Source of the DNA: Candidatus Altiarchaeota archaeon
GTDB taxonomy: Archaea; Altiarchaeota; Altiarchaeia; IMC4; SCGC-AAA252-I15
Assembly: GCA_043800705.1 (NCBI GenBank)
Contig: JAZDMS010000010.1
Coordinates: 2,570-66,569 of the forward strand
Direction of reading: 5' to 3'
DNA: 64,000 bases
Under the pieces are notes generated by a model. The model saw nothing but the letters and a program-made list of their open reading frames with translations, was not told the DNA's origin and did no database searches. Numbering within the stretch: the stretch's first letter is position 1; every line of letters starts with the position of its first letter. This document shows positions 36,372 through 45,909 of the stretch, piece by piece. A program made the position numbers and the translations under genes.

Positions 36372-38501
36372 CTACTTGATCTTCGATCCCGCCTTGGCGC
36401 TCTTCTCAGGCTGCAAAAGAACGGGCGCGCCTTTTTCGTCGGAGGCCGCAAGCAGCATCCCCTGGCTTTCCACTCCCCGGAGCTTGGCAGGCTGGAGGTT
36501 CGCGACCACTATTATCTGTTTCCCCACCATCTCCTCCTTCGGGTAGCTGGCCTTTATCCCTGCAACTATCGTTCTGTCCCCGAGTTCGCCCAGGTCGACC
36601 TTCAGCACCATCAGCTTGTCAGCGTTCGGGTGGTCGCTGGCCTCCTTCACCACACCCACCCTCAGGTCCACCCTGTTGAACTCTTCGTAATCTACCATAG
36701 GCTTCACCTCTTTATCGGCCTTCGATTTTCGGTCCTCGGCTTTCTGTTCTCGGTTTTCAGTTTTCGGTTTTCCGTCTTCTGCATTTTTCTTCTTAGGGCC
36801 GTGGGCTGAAGACTGGAAACTGAGAACTGCAGACTGCGAACTTCCCTCAGGAAGGTATTTCCCCCTGAATTCATCCATCTTCTTGTCCTCGAGCTTCACG
36901 TACAGGGCCTTCGCCTTGCCTATCATGTGCCCGCCTTTTACTCCGAGTTTCTTGGCTTCATCCCATCTTTGGCCGTGGGCGGAGCCTTCGAGGGCGAGCA
37001 TCTTCCAAATCCTATCTGCTGTAGATGGCAGAAGCGGCGCGGCGGTTATCGCCAGTGAACGGATGAGGTTCGCGCAGAGGTATAGTGTGTTGCCGCCTTT
37101 GTTCTTCCAAGGCTCCCTCGCCTGGAAGTATTTGTTGCCTTCCTGTGCGAGCGTCATTAGCGCGCTCGTCGCGTTTATGAAGTCGAGGCGGTCGATCCTC
37201 GATGCGACCTCGTCCTGCTGCTTCGAGACGAACTCGGTGAGCCTTTTGTCCTCCTCGTCGAACTCCACGGGATTAGGCACTACGCCCCCCTCCCTCTCTA
37301 TGAACGTCAATACCCTGTTGACGAGGTTCCCGAGGGTTGCGATGAGCTCGTTGTTGACCCTCTCCTTGAAGTCCGCGAGCGAGAAATCGCTGTCCGACGT
37401 CTGCGGCGTGATAGTCAGAAGATAGTACCTCACCTGGTCGGGGTCGAACTCCCGTACGCAGTCGTGCAGCCATAGGACCCACTTCCTCGACGTGCTCATC
37501 TTCCTGCCCTCCAGGTTCAGGAACTCGTTGGAGGCTATCTGCCACGGGAGGTTGTATTTCCCGTTGGCCATGATGACTGCAGGCCAGATTATCGTATGGA
37601 AGGGGATGTTGTCCTTTCCTATGAAATGGATTATCTTCGATTTCGGGTCGAGCCAGTACTTCTCCCACTCATCAGGCTTCCCCATCTTTTGCGCCCACTC
37701 CATCGTCGAACTTATGTATCCGATGGGCGCGTCGAACCAGACGTAGAGGACCTTGCCTTCCGCGCCTTCGACAGGCACCGGTATCCCCCAGTTGAGGTCC
37801 CTCGTTATGGAGCGGTCCTGCAGACCCTCCCTTATCCAGCCCAGCGCGAAGTTCCTGGCGTTCGCAGGCCAGTGCCTGTTGCCCTCGACCCATGTCCTCA
37901 GGGGCTCGCTCATCTCGCTCAGCTTGAAGAACCAATGCGACGTCTCCCTCATCTCCGGCGTGTCCCTGCAGATGACGCAGTAGGGGTCCTTCAGCTCCTG
38001 GGGCTCAAGCTGCGCAGAACACTTCTCGCACTGGTCCCCGCGCTCGTCCTGGGCCCCGCACTTTGGGCAGACGCCCTTGACATAGCGGTCCGGGAGGAAC
38101 CTTCTGCAATTGGGGCAATACGGCCGCAGGACAGTCTTCTTCTCTATCAGCCCCTTCTTCATTATGGTGGCGAATATGTCCTGGGATACCTCGTAGTGTA
38201 TGGGTCTGCTCGTTCCGCTGAAGTTGTCAAACATGACTCCTATGGCGTCGAACGCGGCGACGTGCATGTCGTGGTACTTGTCCACGAGCTCCTTCGGGCT
38301 CACGCCCTCCTGCTCCGCCGCCACAGATATCGCGGTTCCGTGCTCGTCGGTGCCGCAGATGTACAGGACGTCGTCGCCGATCATCCTGTGGTATCTGACG
38401 TAGACGTCGGCGGGCACATAGCAGCCTATGGCGTGGCCTATATGGATGGGGCCGTTGGCGTAAGGCAGGGCCGCGGTCACGAGGATGCGTTCTTTCGCCA
38501 T
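36372..38501 (-). CDS. metG: Methionyl-tRNA synthetase with a C-terminal tRNA-binding domain
   Basis: HIGH and KMSTS motifs, Zn knuckles CPNC...CPKC, and a C-terminal EMAP-like domain. Confidence 0.95.
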   Translation of the reverse strand: MAKERILVTAALPYANGPIHIGHAIGCYVPADVYVRYHRMIGDDVLYICGTDEHGTAISVAAEQEGVSPKELVDKYHDMHVAAFDAIGVMFDNFSGTSRPIHYEVSQDIFATIMKKGLIEKKTVLRPYCPNCRRFLPDRYVKGVCPKCGAQDERGDQCEKCSAQLEPQELKDPYCVICRDTPEMRETSHWFFKLSEMSEPLRTWVEGNRHWPANARNFALGWIREGLQDRSITRDLNWGIPVPVEGAEGKVLYVWFDAPIGYISSTMEWAQKMGKPDEWEKYWLDPKSKIIHFIGKDNIPFHTIIWPAVIMANGKYNLPWQIASNEFLNLEGRKMSTSRKWVLWLHDCVREFDPDQVRYYLLTITPQTSDSDFSLADFKERVNNELIATLGNLVNRVLTFIEREGGVVPNPVEFDEEDKRLTEFVSKQQDEVASRIDRLDFINATSALMTLAQEGNKYFQAREPWKNKGGNTLYLCANLIRSLAITAAPLLPSTADRIWKMLALEGSAHGQRWDEAKKLGVKGGHMIGKAKALYVKLEDKKMDEFRGKYLPEGSSQSAVLSFQSSAHGPKKKNAEDGKPKTENREQKAEDRKSKADKEVKPMVDYEEFNRVDLRVGVVKEASDHPNADKLMVLKVDLGELGDRTIVAGIKASYPKEEMVGKQIIVVANLQPAKLRGVESQGMLLAASDEKGAPVLLQPEKSAKAGSKIK

Positions 38502-38577
38502 GGTAGAAACGTTGGAGCTTGAGATAATAAATTATGGGGCGGCGTATTTATCGGTGGTCCTACAGACCGCCCCGCAC

Positions 38578-38892
38578 CTAGAGGTGCTTCTGCAGCTTGG
38601 CCAGCATCTTATCCTTTGGTAGCGCTCCGACGATCCTGTCCACGAGCTTGCCATCCTTGAATACGAGCAGGGTGGGTATGCTCATGACCTGGTATTTCAC
38701 CGCAGGCCCCTTGTGTTCGTCGATGTTGACCCTGTAGAAGGAGGCCTTGCCCTGAAGCTGGCCGGACAACTCCTCCATTAAGGGGGCTATCATCATGCAC
38801 GGCCCGCACCAGGGCGCCCAGAAGTCCACGACGACCAAGCCGCTTGATGCGGCTTGGTCGAACTCGGACTCCGTCAGCTCTCGTACTGCCAT
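38578..38892 (-). CDS. trxA: Thioredoxin
   Basis: WCGPC active site. Its start overlaps the upstream gene's stop by ATGA. Confidence 0.85.
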   Translation of the reverse strand: MAVRELTESEFDQAASSGLVVVDFWAPWCGPCMMIAPLMEELSGQLQGKASFYRVNIDEHKGPAVKYQVMSIPTLLVFKDGKLVDRIVGALPKDKMLAKLQKHL

Positions 38893-40661
38893 CAGCATCC
38901 GCCCGTGGCTGCAACTCCTCCGGTTGAGCCGCTGAGTGTCTTCTCGCAGCCTGCCCATCCCTGGTTGTACAGGCAGAGGTTGGTCTTGATCGCGTCCGCT
39001 GCGATGCCCTGGAACTTGTATTTGTTGTTCGCAAGCCATGTCGGGCTGCCGGTCACGGAAAGCTGCTCTGTTAAGGCGAAGCTCTCCTTGAGGAGGTTCT
39101 TGCCTTCTTCGCCTTCGGCGCATGTCTTGAGCTTGGCTGCGTCCATTCCGTTGTCTGTCGCGCACTTTTGCCAGTCGCCCTTCATGTCGGCGTTTCTGCA
39201 CCATATGTAGTCCATATAATCGAAGTTGTTGGGGTAGTTCTTGATGGCGCATATCTCCCTAAGATCCTCGTCGACTTCCGGCTGTCCGTGGAGGCTGGTA
39301 AACGTGCCTTTCGCCTCGTTGTATGTGCCTATGAAGTGGATGTCGAATTTCAGGTCATTGAAGGTGGCTATGACCTCCTTCATCGAGTTCAGGGCCTGCA
39401 ACCCGTACGGGCACTGGCTCATCACGAACACGTCGAGTTTCTTCGGTATCTCCTGCCTGCAGCTCATCCTGCCCTTGCACAGGTCCTCGCTGCAGTGTTC
39501 GTTCGTGGCGTCGCAGTACGGGTCCCATGTGGCGCCGATCTTCAGGCTCATGTAGTTCCCCGCCTCAAAGAGGTAGTTCTTTACGTCTGCGTAGCCCGGG
39601 TCCTGCGTGACCTTCTTCTCGAAAAGGAACGCTGGCAGGAGTTTGACCTGTGTGGCGTCATAGAGCGACTTGCCCTCCGGGCTGGAATAGTCCAGGTTCT
39701 TTATCTGGACCCCCGGGAACATCGTCTTGAGCCTGCCTTCGAACATCGTCGTGTCACAGCTCTTGCAGAGCTTGTCGCTCAATACGGTGACCTGGAAATC
39801 CAGGGGCTTGGGAATTTTATCGCATGCTTCGGGCTTGACTGCGAGGACCCCGCATATTGCCCTTATGAAATCCGCCTCCTTTCTGCCGCCGTTATATGCG
39901 TTCCCGTTGAGGAACATCGTCGGGCTGCCTCTTGCGCCCGCACTCGTGGCAGCCTCCAGGGAGGCCTTGAGGAGCTGCTTGCCTTCGTCGCCCGTGGAGC
40001 AGGCCGTCATCTTAGCGACGTCCATGCCGCTGCCTGTTGCGCATGATTCCCATGCGGTGCTTCTGATGTTCTTATCCCTGCATACTACGTAGTCCATCCA
40101 TTTGTAATCCTGCGGGTAGTATTTCATCGCGCACAGCTCGCGGATGTTCTCGTCGACTTCCGTCTGGCCGTGTAGGCTCTCGAACTTGCCGTCGCCTGCG
40201 TCGTCGGCTATGTAGTTTACTGTGAGGTCTATTGAGCCGCCCATCTTCTTCAGCACGGGGGCTATCGCATCCAAGACCTGCACCCCGTATGGGCACTGGC
40301 TCATTATGTAGAAATCCAGTTTTGCCTTGTCGCCGGTCGCGCGCGCCGGTTGGGTCGTGCCCGGTATGCTCGTTGTCGTCGATACCGTTGCATCGTCGCC
40401 AAGGTTTGTTAGAAGCAAGTATCCGATGGCGAGCACTGCGATGACGAGTAAGGCTGCTAACGCCTTTTCAAGGGGGAATGCGTATCCGGCGCCAGCGTCC
40501 TTTGCGGCCTTAGCGTGCGTGGGTGCCGCTTCGACCTTGTGTTTGGCTGGGGTTTTCCTTGGTGCGCGCCTTTTTTTGGCTTCCGCCTTGCGCGTCGTCT
40601 TCGCTTTTATCTCGACTACTGGGCTGGGTGTTCCAATATCTGTATTCTCTTCATCCGCCAT
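38892..40661 (-). CDS. Membrane-anchored protein with two tandem GILT/DsbA-like thioredoxin-fold domains
   Basis: Lys-rich cytoplasmic N-tail, one TM, then duplicated domains each with MSQCPYG, LHGQxEVDExxRExC (GILT-like CQHGxxECxxN) and a GSPTxFxNG cis-Pro region. Confidence 0.5.
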   Translation of the reverse strand: MADEENTDIGTPSPVVEIKAKTTRKAEAKKRRAPRKTPAKHKVEAAPTHAKAAKDAGAGYAFPLEKALAALLVIAVLAIGYLLLTNLGDDATVSTTTSIPGTTQPARATGDKAKLDFYIMSQCPYGVQVLDAIAPVLKKMGGSIDLTVNYIADDAGDGKFESLHGQTEVDENIRELCAMKYYPQDYKWMDYVVCRDKNIRSTAWESCATGSGMDVAKMTACSTGDEGKQLLKASLEAATSAGARGSPTMFLNGNAYNGGRKEADFIRAICGVLAVKPEACDKIPKPLDFQVTVLSDKLCKSCDTTMFEGRLKTMFPGVQIKNLDYSSPEGKSLYDATQVKLLPAFLFEKKVTQDPGYADVKNYLFEAGNYMSLKIGATWDPYCDATNEHCSEDLCKGRMSCRQEIPKKLDVFVMSQCPYGLQALNSMKEVIATFNDLKFDIHFIGTYNEAKGTFTSLHGQPEVDEDLREICAIKNYPNNFDYMDYIWCRNADMKGDWQKCATDNGMDAAKLKTCAEGEEGKNLLKESFALTEQLSVTGSPTWLANNKYKFQGIAADAIKTNLCLYNQGWAGCEKTLSGSTGGVAATGGC

Positions 40662-40843
40662 TTTTCAAACCTCGCAAAAATGCAATAATAAAAATCGTGT
40701 CATATACTACGAAAATGCGGTATAAAAAGAGCGCGACATGCGATCCAGGGCTTTAAGGGATGTCCAAGTCAGCAACCGAACCTTTATCCCATTATATTTA
40801 TTCCCAGTGTATCTATTAATCAAAAACTTCAAAGGATAAGATA

Positions 40844-42754
40844 ATGATCGGTCCCTTCTATGCGGATTCGCTGGTTTTTCTGGTATTTTTCCCGGTTATA
40901 GCGGGTTCGATATTGATGTTTCTACCCACTGAGAGGGTTCGTAAGTCGTTTGGCTACATCTCCTCGTTGGGCATTCTGCTCATGTCGTTCTATGTGATCT
41001 ACTCGTCATTCGACGCCCCAGCGACGCACTATCTGATAGCCGATAGCCCCCTGAATGAGGCGATGCTAGCGATCGAGGCATTGATCGCACTATATATCAT
41101 ATTCCGGAGCGCCAGATGCGGGAAGGCGCTCCCCATAGTGTTGGTGCTTTTGCAGTCCGCATGCGTGATATGGTCAGAACTCGGGTACCCCGCCGCCCAA
41201 GCCTCAGGGAACAGTCTCTTCCTGGACAGCCTGTCCGTCATCATGGTTTCAATAATCGGGATCATAGGAAGCCTGATATGCGTCTATTCGTTCGGCTACA
41301 TGGGCAATTACCACGCCCGAAACCGTGAGCTGAAGGATCGCAGAGGCGTATTCTACTACGTTATGTTTGCGTTCCTTTCGGCGATGTTTGGGCTGGTCCT
41401 TTCCGACAGCCTCAAATGGGTCTACTTCTTCTGGGAGGTTACGACCCTATGCTCCTTCATACTAATCGGATACACCAGAACCAATGATTCCATAAAAAAC
41501 TCGTTCAATGCACTGACAATGAACCTGCTGGGGGGCATAGCATTCGCATTCGCGATCCTATACCTGAGTTCACTGGCGGAGCCGAACCTCACGATCGACG
41601 GCATCCTCCGGGCGAACAAGGCAATAGTCCTCGTTCCAGTAGTCCTCGTGGGTTTCGCAGCCCTCACGAAATCCGCCCAGCTGCCATTCTCATCCTGGCT
41701 TGTCGGGGCCATGGTCGCACCCACTCCCGTATCCGCCCTCCTGCACTCCAGTACGATGGTCAAGGCGGGCGTCTACCTCCTCGTCAGGTTCGCACCCGTG
41801 TTCGAAGGAACGGTATCGGGGACCATGCTCTCCCTGCTGGGGGGCGTCACGTTCCTCGTAACCTCCATGATCTCGGTATCCCAGAAAAATGCGAAAAAGG
41901 TCCTGGCATACTCCACCATCGCAAACCTCGGACTCATCGTCGCCTGCGCTGGGGTCGGCACATATGAGGCCGTATGGGCCGCCGTCCTTCTGATAATATT
42001 CCATGCACTGGCGAAGTCCCTCATGTTCCTGGCGGTCGGGACCGTGGAGCAGAAGATAAGCAGCAAGGACATAGAGGACATGGAGGGCCTCATCATCCGG
42101 ATGCCGAAGATATCCGTGATGATGATAATCGGGATCGCCGGGATGTTCCTCGCGCCTTTCGGGATGCTGATCAGCAAATGGGCGACGCTGAAGGCATTCA
42201 TCGACTCGAACCCGGTCCTGGTCGGCATCGTCGCGTTCGGCAGCGGCGTCACGGTCTTCTTCTGGTCAAAGTGGCTCGGCAAGATAATCGTCGTCAACAG
42301 GGCATACAAGCAGGTCGAAGGCAGTATCAGCGCCGAGGAATGGACTGCCCTCTACAGTCTCATGATGCTGACCATCGGCATATGCGTCCTCTTCCCGCTG
42401 GTGTCTCAGCATTTCGTCGAACCTTATGTCTATCAGGTCTACGGCAGGACCACGCACCTCAGCCAGGACAACCTAATGATCATGCTTTTCATGCTCGCTG
42501 TGATACTCCTGACTCCATTCTGCCTCCTGTACTACAAAGGCGAAAGGAGGCATATCTCCCCGTACATGGGCGGCAGGACCGTGGCGGATTCGAAATTCCT
42601 CGGCACCTTCGGCATCCGGCGGGAGATGTCCCTGAAGAACTACTACCTGGAGTCGGTCTTTGGCGAGGCGAAACTCATGAAACTCGCCCTTCCACTGTGC
42701 ATCATGCTCATCGCGGCAATGCTTATCTTCAGCATGACGGGAGTGGCGCTATGA
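40844..42754 (+). CDS. echA: Energy-converting hydrogenase antiporter-like membrane subunit EchA (NuoL/MrpA-like)
   Basis: About 16 TM helices with a NuoL-like pattern. First gene of a six-gene cluster. Confidence 0.75.
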   Translation: MIGPFYADSLVFLVFFPVIAGSILMFLPTERVRKSFGYISSLGILLMSFYVIYSSFDAPATHYLIADSPLNEAMLAIEALIALYIIFRSARCGKALPIVLVLLQSACVIWSELGYPAAQASGNSLFLDSLSVIMVSIIGIIGSLICVYSFGYMGNYHARNRELKDRRGVFYYVMFAFLSAMFGLVLSDSLKWVYFFWEVTTLCSFILIGYTRTNDSIKNSFNALTMNLLGGIAFAFAILYLSSLAEPNLTIDGILRANKAIVLVPVVLVGFAALTKSAQLPFSSWLVGAMVAPTPVSALLHSSTMVKAGVYLLVRFAPVFEGTVSGTMLSLLGGVTFLVTSMISVSQKNAKKVLAYSTIANLGLIVACAGVGTYEAVWAAVLLIIFHALAKSLMFLAVGTVEQKISSKDIEDMEGLIIRMPKISVMMIIGIAGMFLAPFGMLISKWATLKAFIDSNPVLVGIVAFGSGVTVFFWSKWLGKIIVVNRAYKQVEGSISAEEWTALYSLMMLTIGICVLFPLVSQHFVEPYVYQVYGRTTHLSQDNLMIMLFMLAVILLTPFCLLYYKGERRHISPYMGGRTVADSKFLGTFGIRREMSLKNYYLESVFGEAKLMKLALPLCIMLIAAMLIFSMTGVAL

Positions 42755-43611
42755 ACATCCTCTACGGCATCCTATACCTCGTGGCGGCACCCCTAATGGG
42801 GGGCCTCGTCGTCGGAGCTGACAGGATCATCACCGCCAGGATGCAAGGGAGGGTCGGCCCGCCGCTTCTGCAGCCTTTCTACGACGTGCTTAAGCTTATG
42901 GAGAAGGAGAAGGTCGTCGTCACCAGGGCGCAGAACCTGTTCATATTCGCTTATATCGTGTTCATGGCGCTGACAGGCGCACTCTTCTTCGCCGGAGGCG
43001 ACTTCCTCCTCGTGATCTTCGCCATGACCCTCGCGCACATATTCATCGTCCTCGGCGCATACTCCGCCAACTCCCCCTATAGCTTCATCGGCGCGGAAAG
43101 GGAGCTGATACAGATAATGGCGTTCGAGCCCATGATAATACTCGTCGCGACCGGCATGTATCTGGTCGCCAAGAGCTTCTACATCAGCGACCTCGTAAGG
43201 ACTGATGCGCCTCTCATAGCATACCTTCCGGGGCTGTTCCTGGGCTTCGTATATGTCCTCAACATCAAGCTTAGGAAGTCCCCCTTCGACCTTTCCTCCT
43301 CCCATCATGCGCACCAGGAGATCGTCAAAGGCATAACCACCGAATTCTCCGGGTCGAGCCTCGGGCGGATCGAGATAGCCCACTGGTACGAGACAATCCT
43401 GCTTATGGGCTTCATATACCTGTTCTTCGGATTCAACCCTGTCATCGCGATCTTCGCGGTGATGCTGGTCTACCTCATCGAGCTTCTGGTCGACAACTCA
43501 TTCCCCAGATACAAATGGGAACTTGCATTCCAGAACTCCTGGGCAGCCGCATTCTTCCTGGGCATGGGCAACATAATAATGCTATGGTACTACCTCCGGG
43601 GTGGTATGTGA
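42751..43611 (+). CDS. echB: Ech hydrogenase membrane subunit EchB (NuoH/HycD-like)
   Basis: ATGA overlap with echA and a NuoH-like pattern. Confidence 0.75.
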   Translation: MNILYGILYLVAAPLMGGLVVGADRIITARMQGRVGPPLLQPFYDVLKLMEKEKVVVTRAQNLFIFAYIVFMALTGALFFAGGDFLLVIFAMTLAHIFIVLGAYSANSPYSFIGAERELIQIMAFEPMIILVATGMYLVAKSFYISDLVRTDAPLIAYLPGLFLGFVYVLNIKLRKSPFDLSSSHHAHQEIVKGITTEFSGSSLGRIEIAHWYETILLMGFIYLFFGFNPVIAIFAVMLVYLIELLVDNSFPRYKWELAFQNSWAAAFFLGMGNIIMLWYYLRGGM

Positions 43612-44054
43612 TGACGTTCCTCAGAAAGTCCCCGTGGATAATCCACTACAACGCGACCAGCTGCAACGGCTGCGACATAGAGGTTATCGCCTCCTTCGGC
43701 CCCACATACGACCTGGAGAGGTTCGGGATAGTGAACACCGGCAACCCGAAGCACGCGGACATCCTCATCATAACCGGCTCCGTGAACGAGCAGAGCGTCG
43801 AAGTCGTAAAAAACCTGTACTCCCAGATGCCTGAGCCTAAGGTCGTCGTCGCAGTCGGCATATGCGCCACCTCCGGAGGCGTGTTCAGGGAATGCTACAA
43901 CGTAATGGGCGGCATCGACAAGGTCCTGCCTGTCGACGTGTACGTGCCGGGATGCGCCGCAAGGCCGGAATCGATAATAGACGGCATCTTGAAGTCCCTG
44001 GAAATACTCGAGGGAAAAAAACGCAAGATCCAGGAAAAGAGGATGAAAAAATGA
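43611..44054 (+). CDS. echC: Ech hydrogenase small subunit EchC (NuoB-like, [4Fe-4S])
   Basis: CNGCDIE...GICATSGG...PGCAARP cysteine ligand pattern. Confidence 0.85.
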   Translation: MTFLRKSPWIIHYNATSCNGCDIEVIASFGPTYDLERFGIVNTGNPKHADILIITGSVNEQSVEVVKNLYSQMPEPKVVVAVGICATSGGVFRECYNVMGGIDKVLPVDVYVPGCAARPESIIDGILKSLEILEGKKRKIQEKRMKK

Positions 44055-44410
44055 CGTACGAGAACCAGCCCGTAAGGGCCATCGAAGACAACCAGCTACT
44101 GGCGTCCGTCGAAGAGCACAAACGGCTCGGATACCGGCTCGTCCAGATATCATGCACAGCCCTCGACCCCGACAGGTTAGAAGTCACCTACTCATTCGAC
44201 AAGGACCTCAGCTTCGAGAACCTGCGCGTCACGGCCTCCAAGGGTACGATCCTCCCGAGCATAAGCGGCATATTCAAAGGCTCATTCCTCTACGAGAACG
44301 AGATAAAGGAGCTATTCGGGCTCGGATTCAAGGATATCAGCGTCGACTACAACGGGACCCTGTACAAGAAGCGGAAGGAAACGCCGTTCGCCATCGAGGA
44401 GAAAAAATAA
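44051..44410 (+). CDS. echD: Ech hydrogenase subunit EchD (NuoC-like)
   Basis: ATGA overlap with echC; 119 aa; assigned by position in the conserved echABCDEF order. Confidence 0.6.
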   Translation: MTYENQPVRAIEDNQLLASVEEHKRLGYRLVQISCTALDPDRLEVTYSFDKDLSFENLRVTASKGTILPSISGIFKGSFLYENEIKELFGLGFKDISVDYNGTLYKKRKETPFAIEEKK

Positions 44411-44411
44411 A

Positions 44412-45491
44412 ATGCCAAAAAAGACCGTAATACCGTTCGGGCCACAGCACCCCATACTCCCCGAACCCATACACCTGGACCTCGTAATGGACGACGAAAA
44501 GGTGATAGACGCGCTACCGTCGATAGGATACATACACCGCGGCCTAGAGAAGCTCGTCGAAAAGAGGGAATACCAGGAATACGTCTATGTGGTCGAGAGG
44601 ACTTGCGGCATATGCAGCTACATCCACGGACTCTCATACTGCCAGGCCGTAGAGGGGATAATGAACGTGGAAGTCCCCGAACGCGCCCTATTCCTCAGAA
44701 CCATCGGCTCGGAGTATTCGAGGATGCACAGCCACCTCTTGATACTCGGCTGCATCGCCGACGCGATGGGCTTCGAGAACCTCTTCATGGGCTTCCTCAA
44801 GGCAAGGGAACGCGTCCTGGACCGGATGGAGGAAAGCCTCGGCGGAAGGGTCATACAGGGCACGTGCAAGATAGGGGGCGTCAGACGGGACATCGACGGG
44901 GAAACCCTAGACCGGATGGCCGAAGAGCTGCAGGAAACAGAGCTGGAGATAAAGGAGCTCACAAAAGTCCTCCTAAAAGACGACGCAGTGAAGCACAGGA
45001 TGAGGGCGGTGGGGCCATTGAGCAAGGAAGACGCATACCTGCTAGGAGCGGTCGGCCCCGTGGGTAAGGGAAGCGGCCTGAAGATCGACATGCGGCAGCG
45101 CGGATACGCGGCCTATGGGCGGATAAGGTTCGAGCCGATCACGGAATCCCAAGGCGACTGCTACGCCCGGAACTCCGTCCGCGCCAGGGAGATAATCCAG
45201 TCCGCGGACATAATCAGGCAGTGCATCAAGAAGATCCCCGACGGCCCGATAGAGGCAAAGGTTGCGGGGAACCCGGACGGGGAGCACTTCTCCAGAGTCG
45301 AGCAGCCCAGGGGCGAAGCCATACACTACGCCAAAGGAAACGGCACGAAATTCCTCCAGCGGTTTCGTATCAGGACCCCCACCTTCGCCAACGTCCCACC
45401 GCTCGTGCACATGCTCAAGGGCGCAGACCTCGCGGACGTGCCGGTGATAATACTATCCATCGACCCGTGCATCAGCTGCACTGAGAGGTAA
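44412..45491 (+). CDS. echE: Ech [NiFe] hydrogenase large subunit EchE
   Basis: N-terminal RTCGIC and C-terminal DPCISC Ni-binding motifs. Confidence 0.9.
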   Translation: MPKKTVIPFGPQHPILPEPIHLDLVMDDEKVIDALPSIGYIHRGLEKLVEKREYQEYVYVVERTCGICSYIHGLSYCQAVEGIMNVEVPERALFLRTIGSEYSRMHSHLLILGCIADAMGFENLFMGFLKARERVLDRMEESLGGRVIQGTCKIGGVRRDIDGETLDRMAEELQETELEIKELTKVLLKDDAVKHRMRAVGPLSKEDAYLLGAVGPVGKGSGLKIDMRQRGYAAYGRIRFEPITESQGDCYARNSVRAREIIQSADIIRQCIKKIPDGPIEAKVAGNPDGEHFSRVEQPRGEAIHYAKGNGTKFLQRFRIRTPTFANVPPLVHMLKGADLADVPVIILSIDPCISCTER

Positions 45492-45495
45492 GACG

Positions 45496-45882
45496 ATGAC
45501 ACACATGCAAATGGCGAAAAACACGATAAAGGCCCTATTCAGCAGGCCCTCAACCCTCATGTACCCGAAAAAGCCGGCGAAGAAGAAGGATATAACGCGG
45601 GGCCGCCTCGAAAACGACATCGCTAAATGCGTATTCTGCGGCATGTGCCAGAGGATATGCCCCGCCGACGCCATAACCGTAGAGCGGCCGAACAAGTCAT
45701 GGGAAGTGGACCGCTACCGCTGCGTCGTATGCGGCGCATGCGTCGGAGTCTGCCCCGTAAAATCCCTGCGGATGGACACGGACTACACGAAACCCTCATC
45801 GACCAAGGAATTGAAAGACAGGCTCCACTACGAACCCCCCCAAAAAACCGCAGACATCGGCGGAAAAAACAACCCGGCATAA
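45496..45882 (+). CDS. echF: Ech hydrogenase 2x[4Fe-4S] ferredoxin subunit EchF (NuoI-like)
   Basis: CVFCGMCQRICP and CVVCGACVGVCP. Confidence 0.85.
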   Translation: MTHMQMAKNTIKALFSRPSTLMYPKKPAKKKDITRGRLENDIAKCVFCGMCQRICPADAITVERPNKSWEVDRYRCVVCGACVGVCPVKSLRMDTDYTKPSSTKELKDRLHYEPPQKTADIGGKNNPA

Positions 45883-45909
45883 ATGCAGCCAAAATGAATC
45901 GCAACCCCC

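Noticed and set aside
36720-36850. ttttcggt/ctgagaactg short repeats
   Set aside because: They lie inside the metG coding region (linker before the C-terminal tRNA-binding domain) and encode a low-complexity Lys/Glu/Asp-rich linker, not a regulatory repeat.
38893-39252. Extension of the thioredoxin ORF to 224 aa
   Set aside because: The upstream part overlaps the 3' end of the GILT-like gene and is low-complexity Arg/Gln-rich. The thioredoxin starts at MLMAV with an ATGA overlap.
41974-43611. 545-aa plus-strand ORF spanning the echA/echB region
   Set aside because: Its N-terminal two thirds are an Arg/His/Gly-rich out-of-frame shadow of echA. Only the final 286 codons, from the ATG at 42751, match an EchB/NuoH-like protein.
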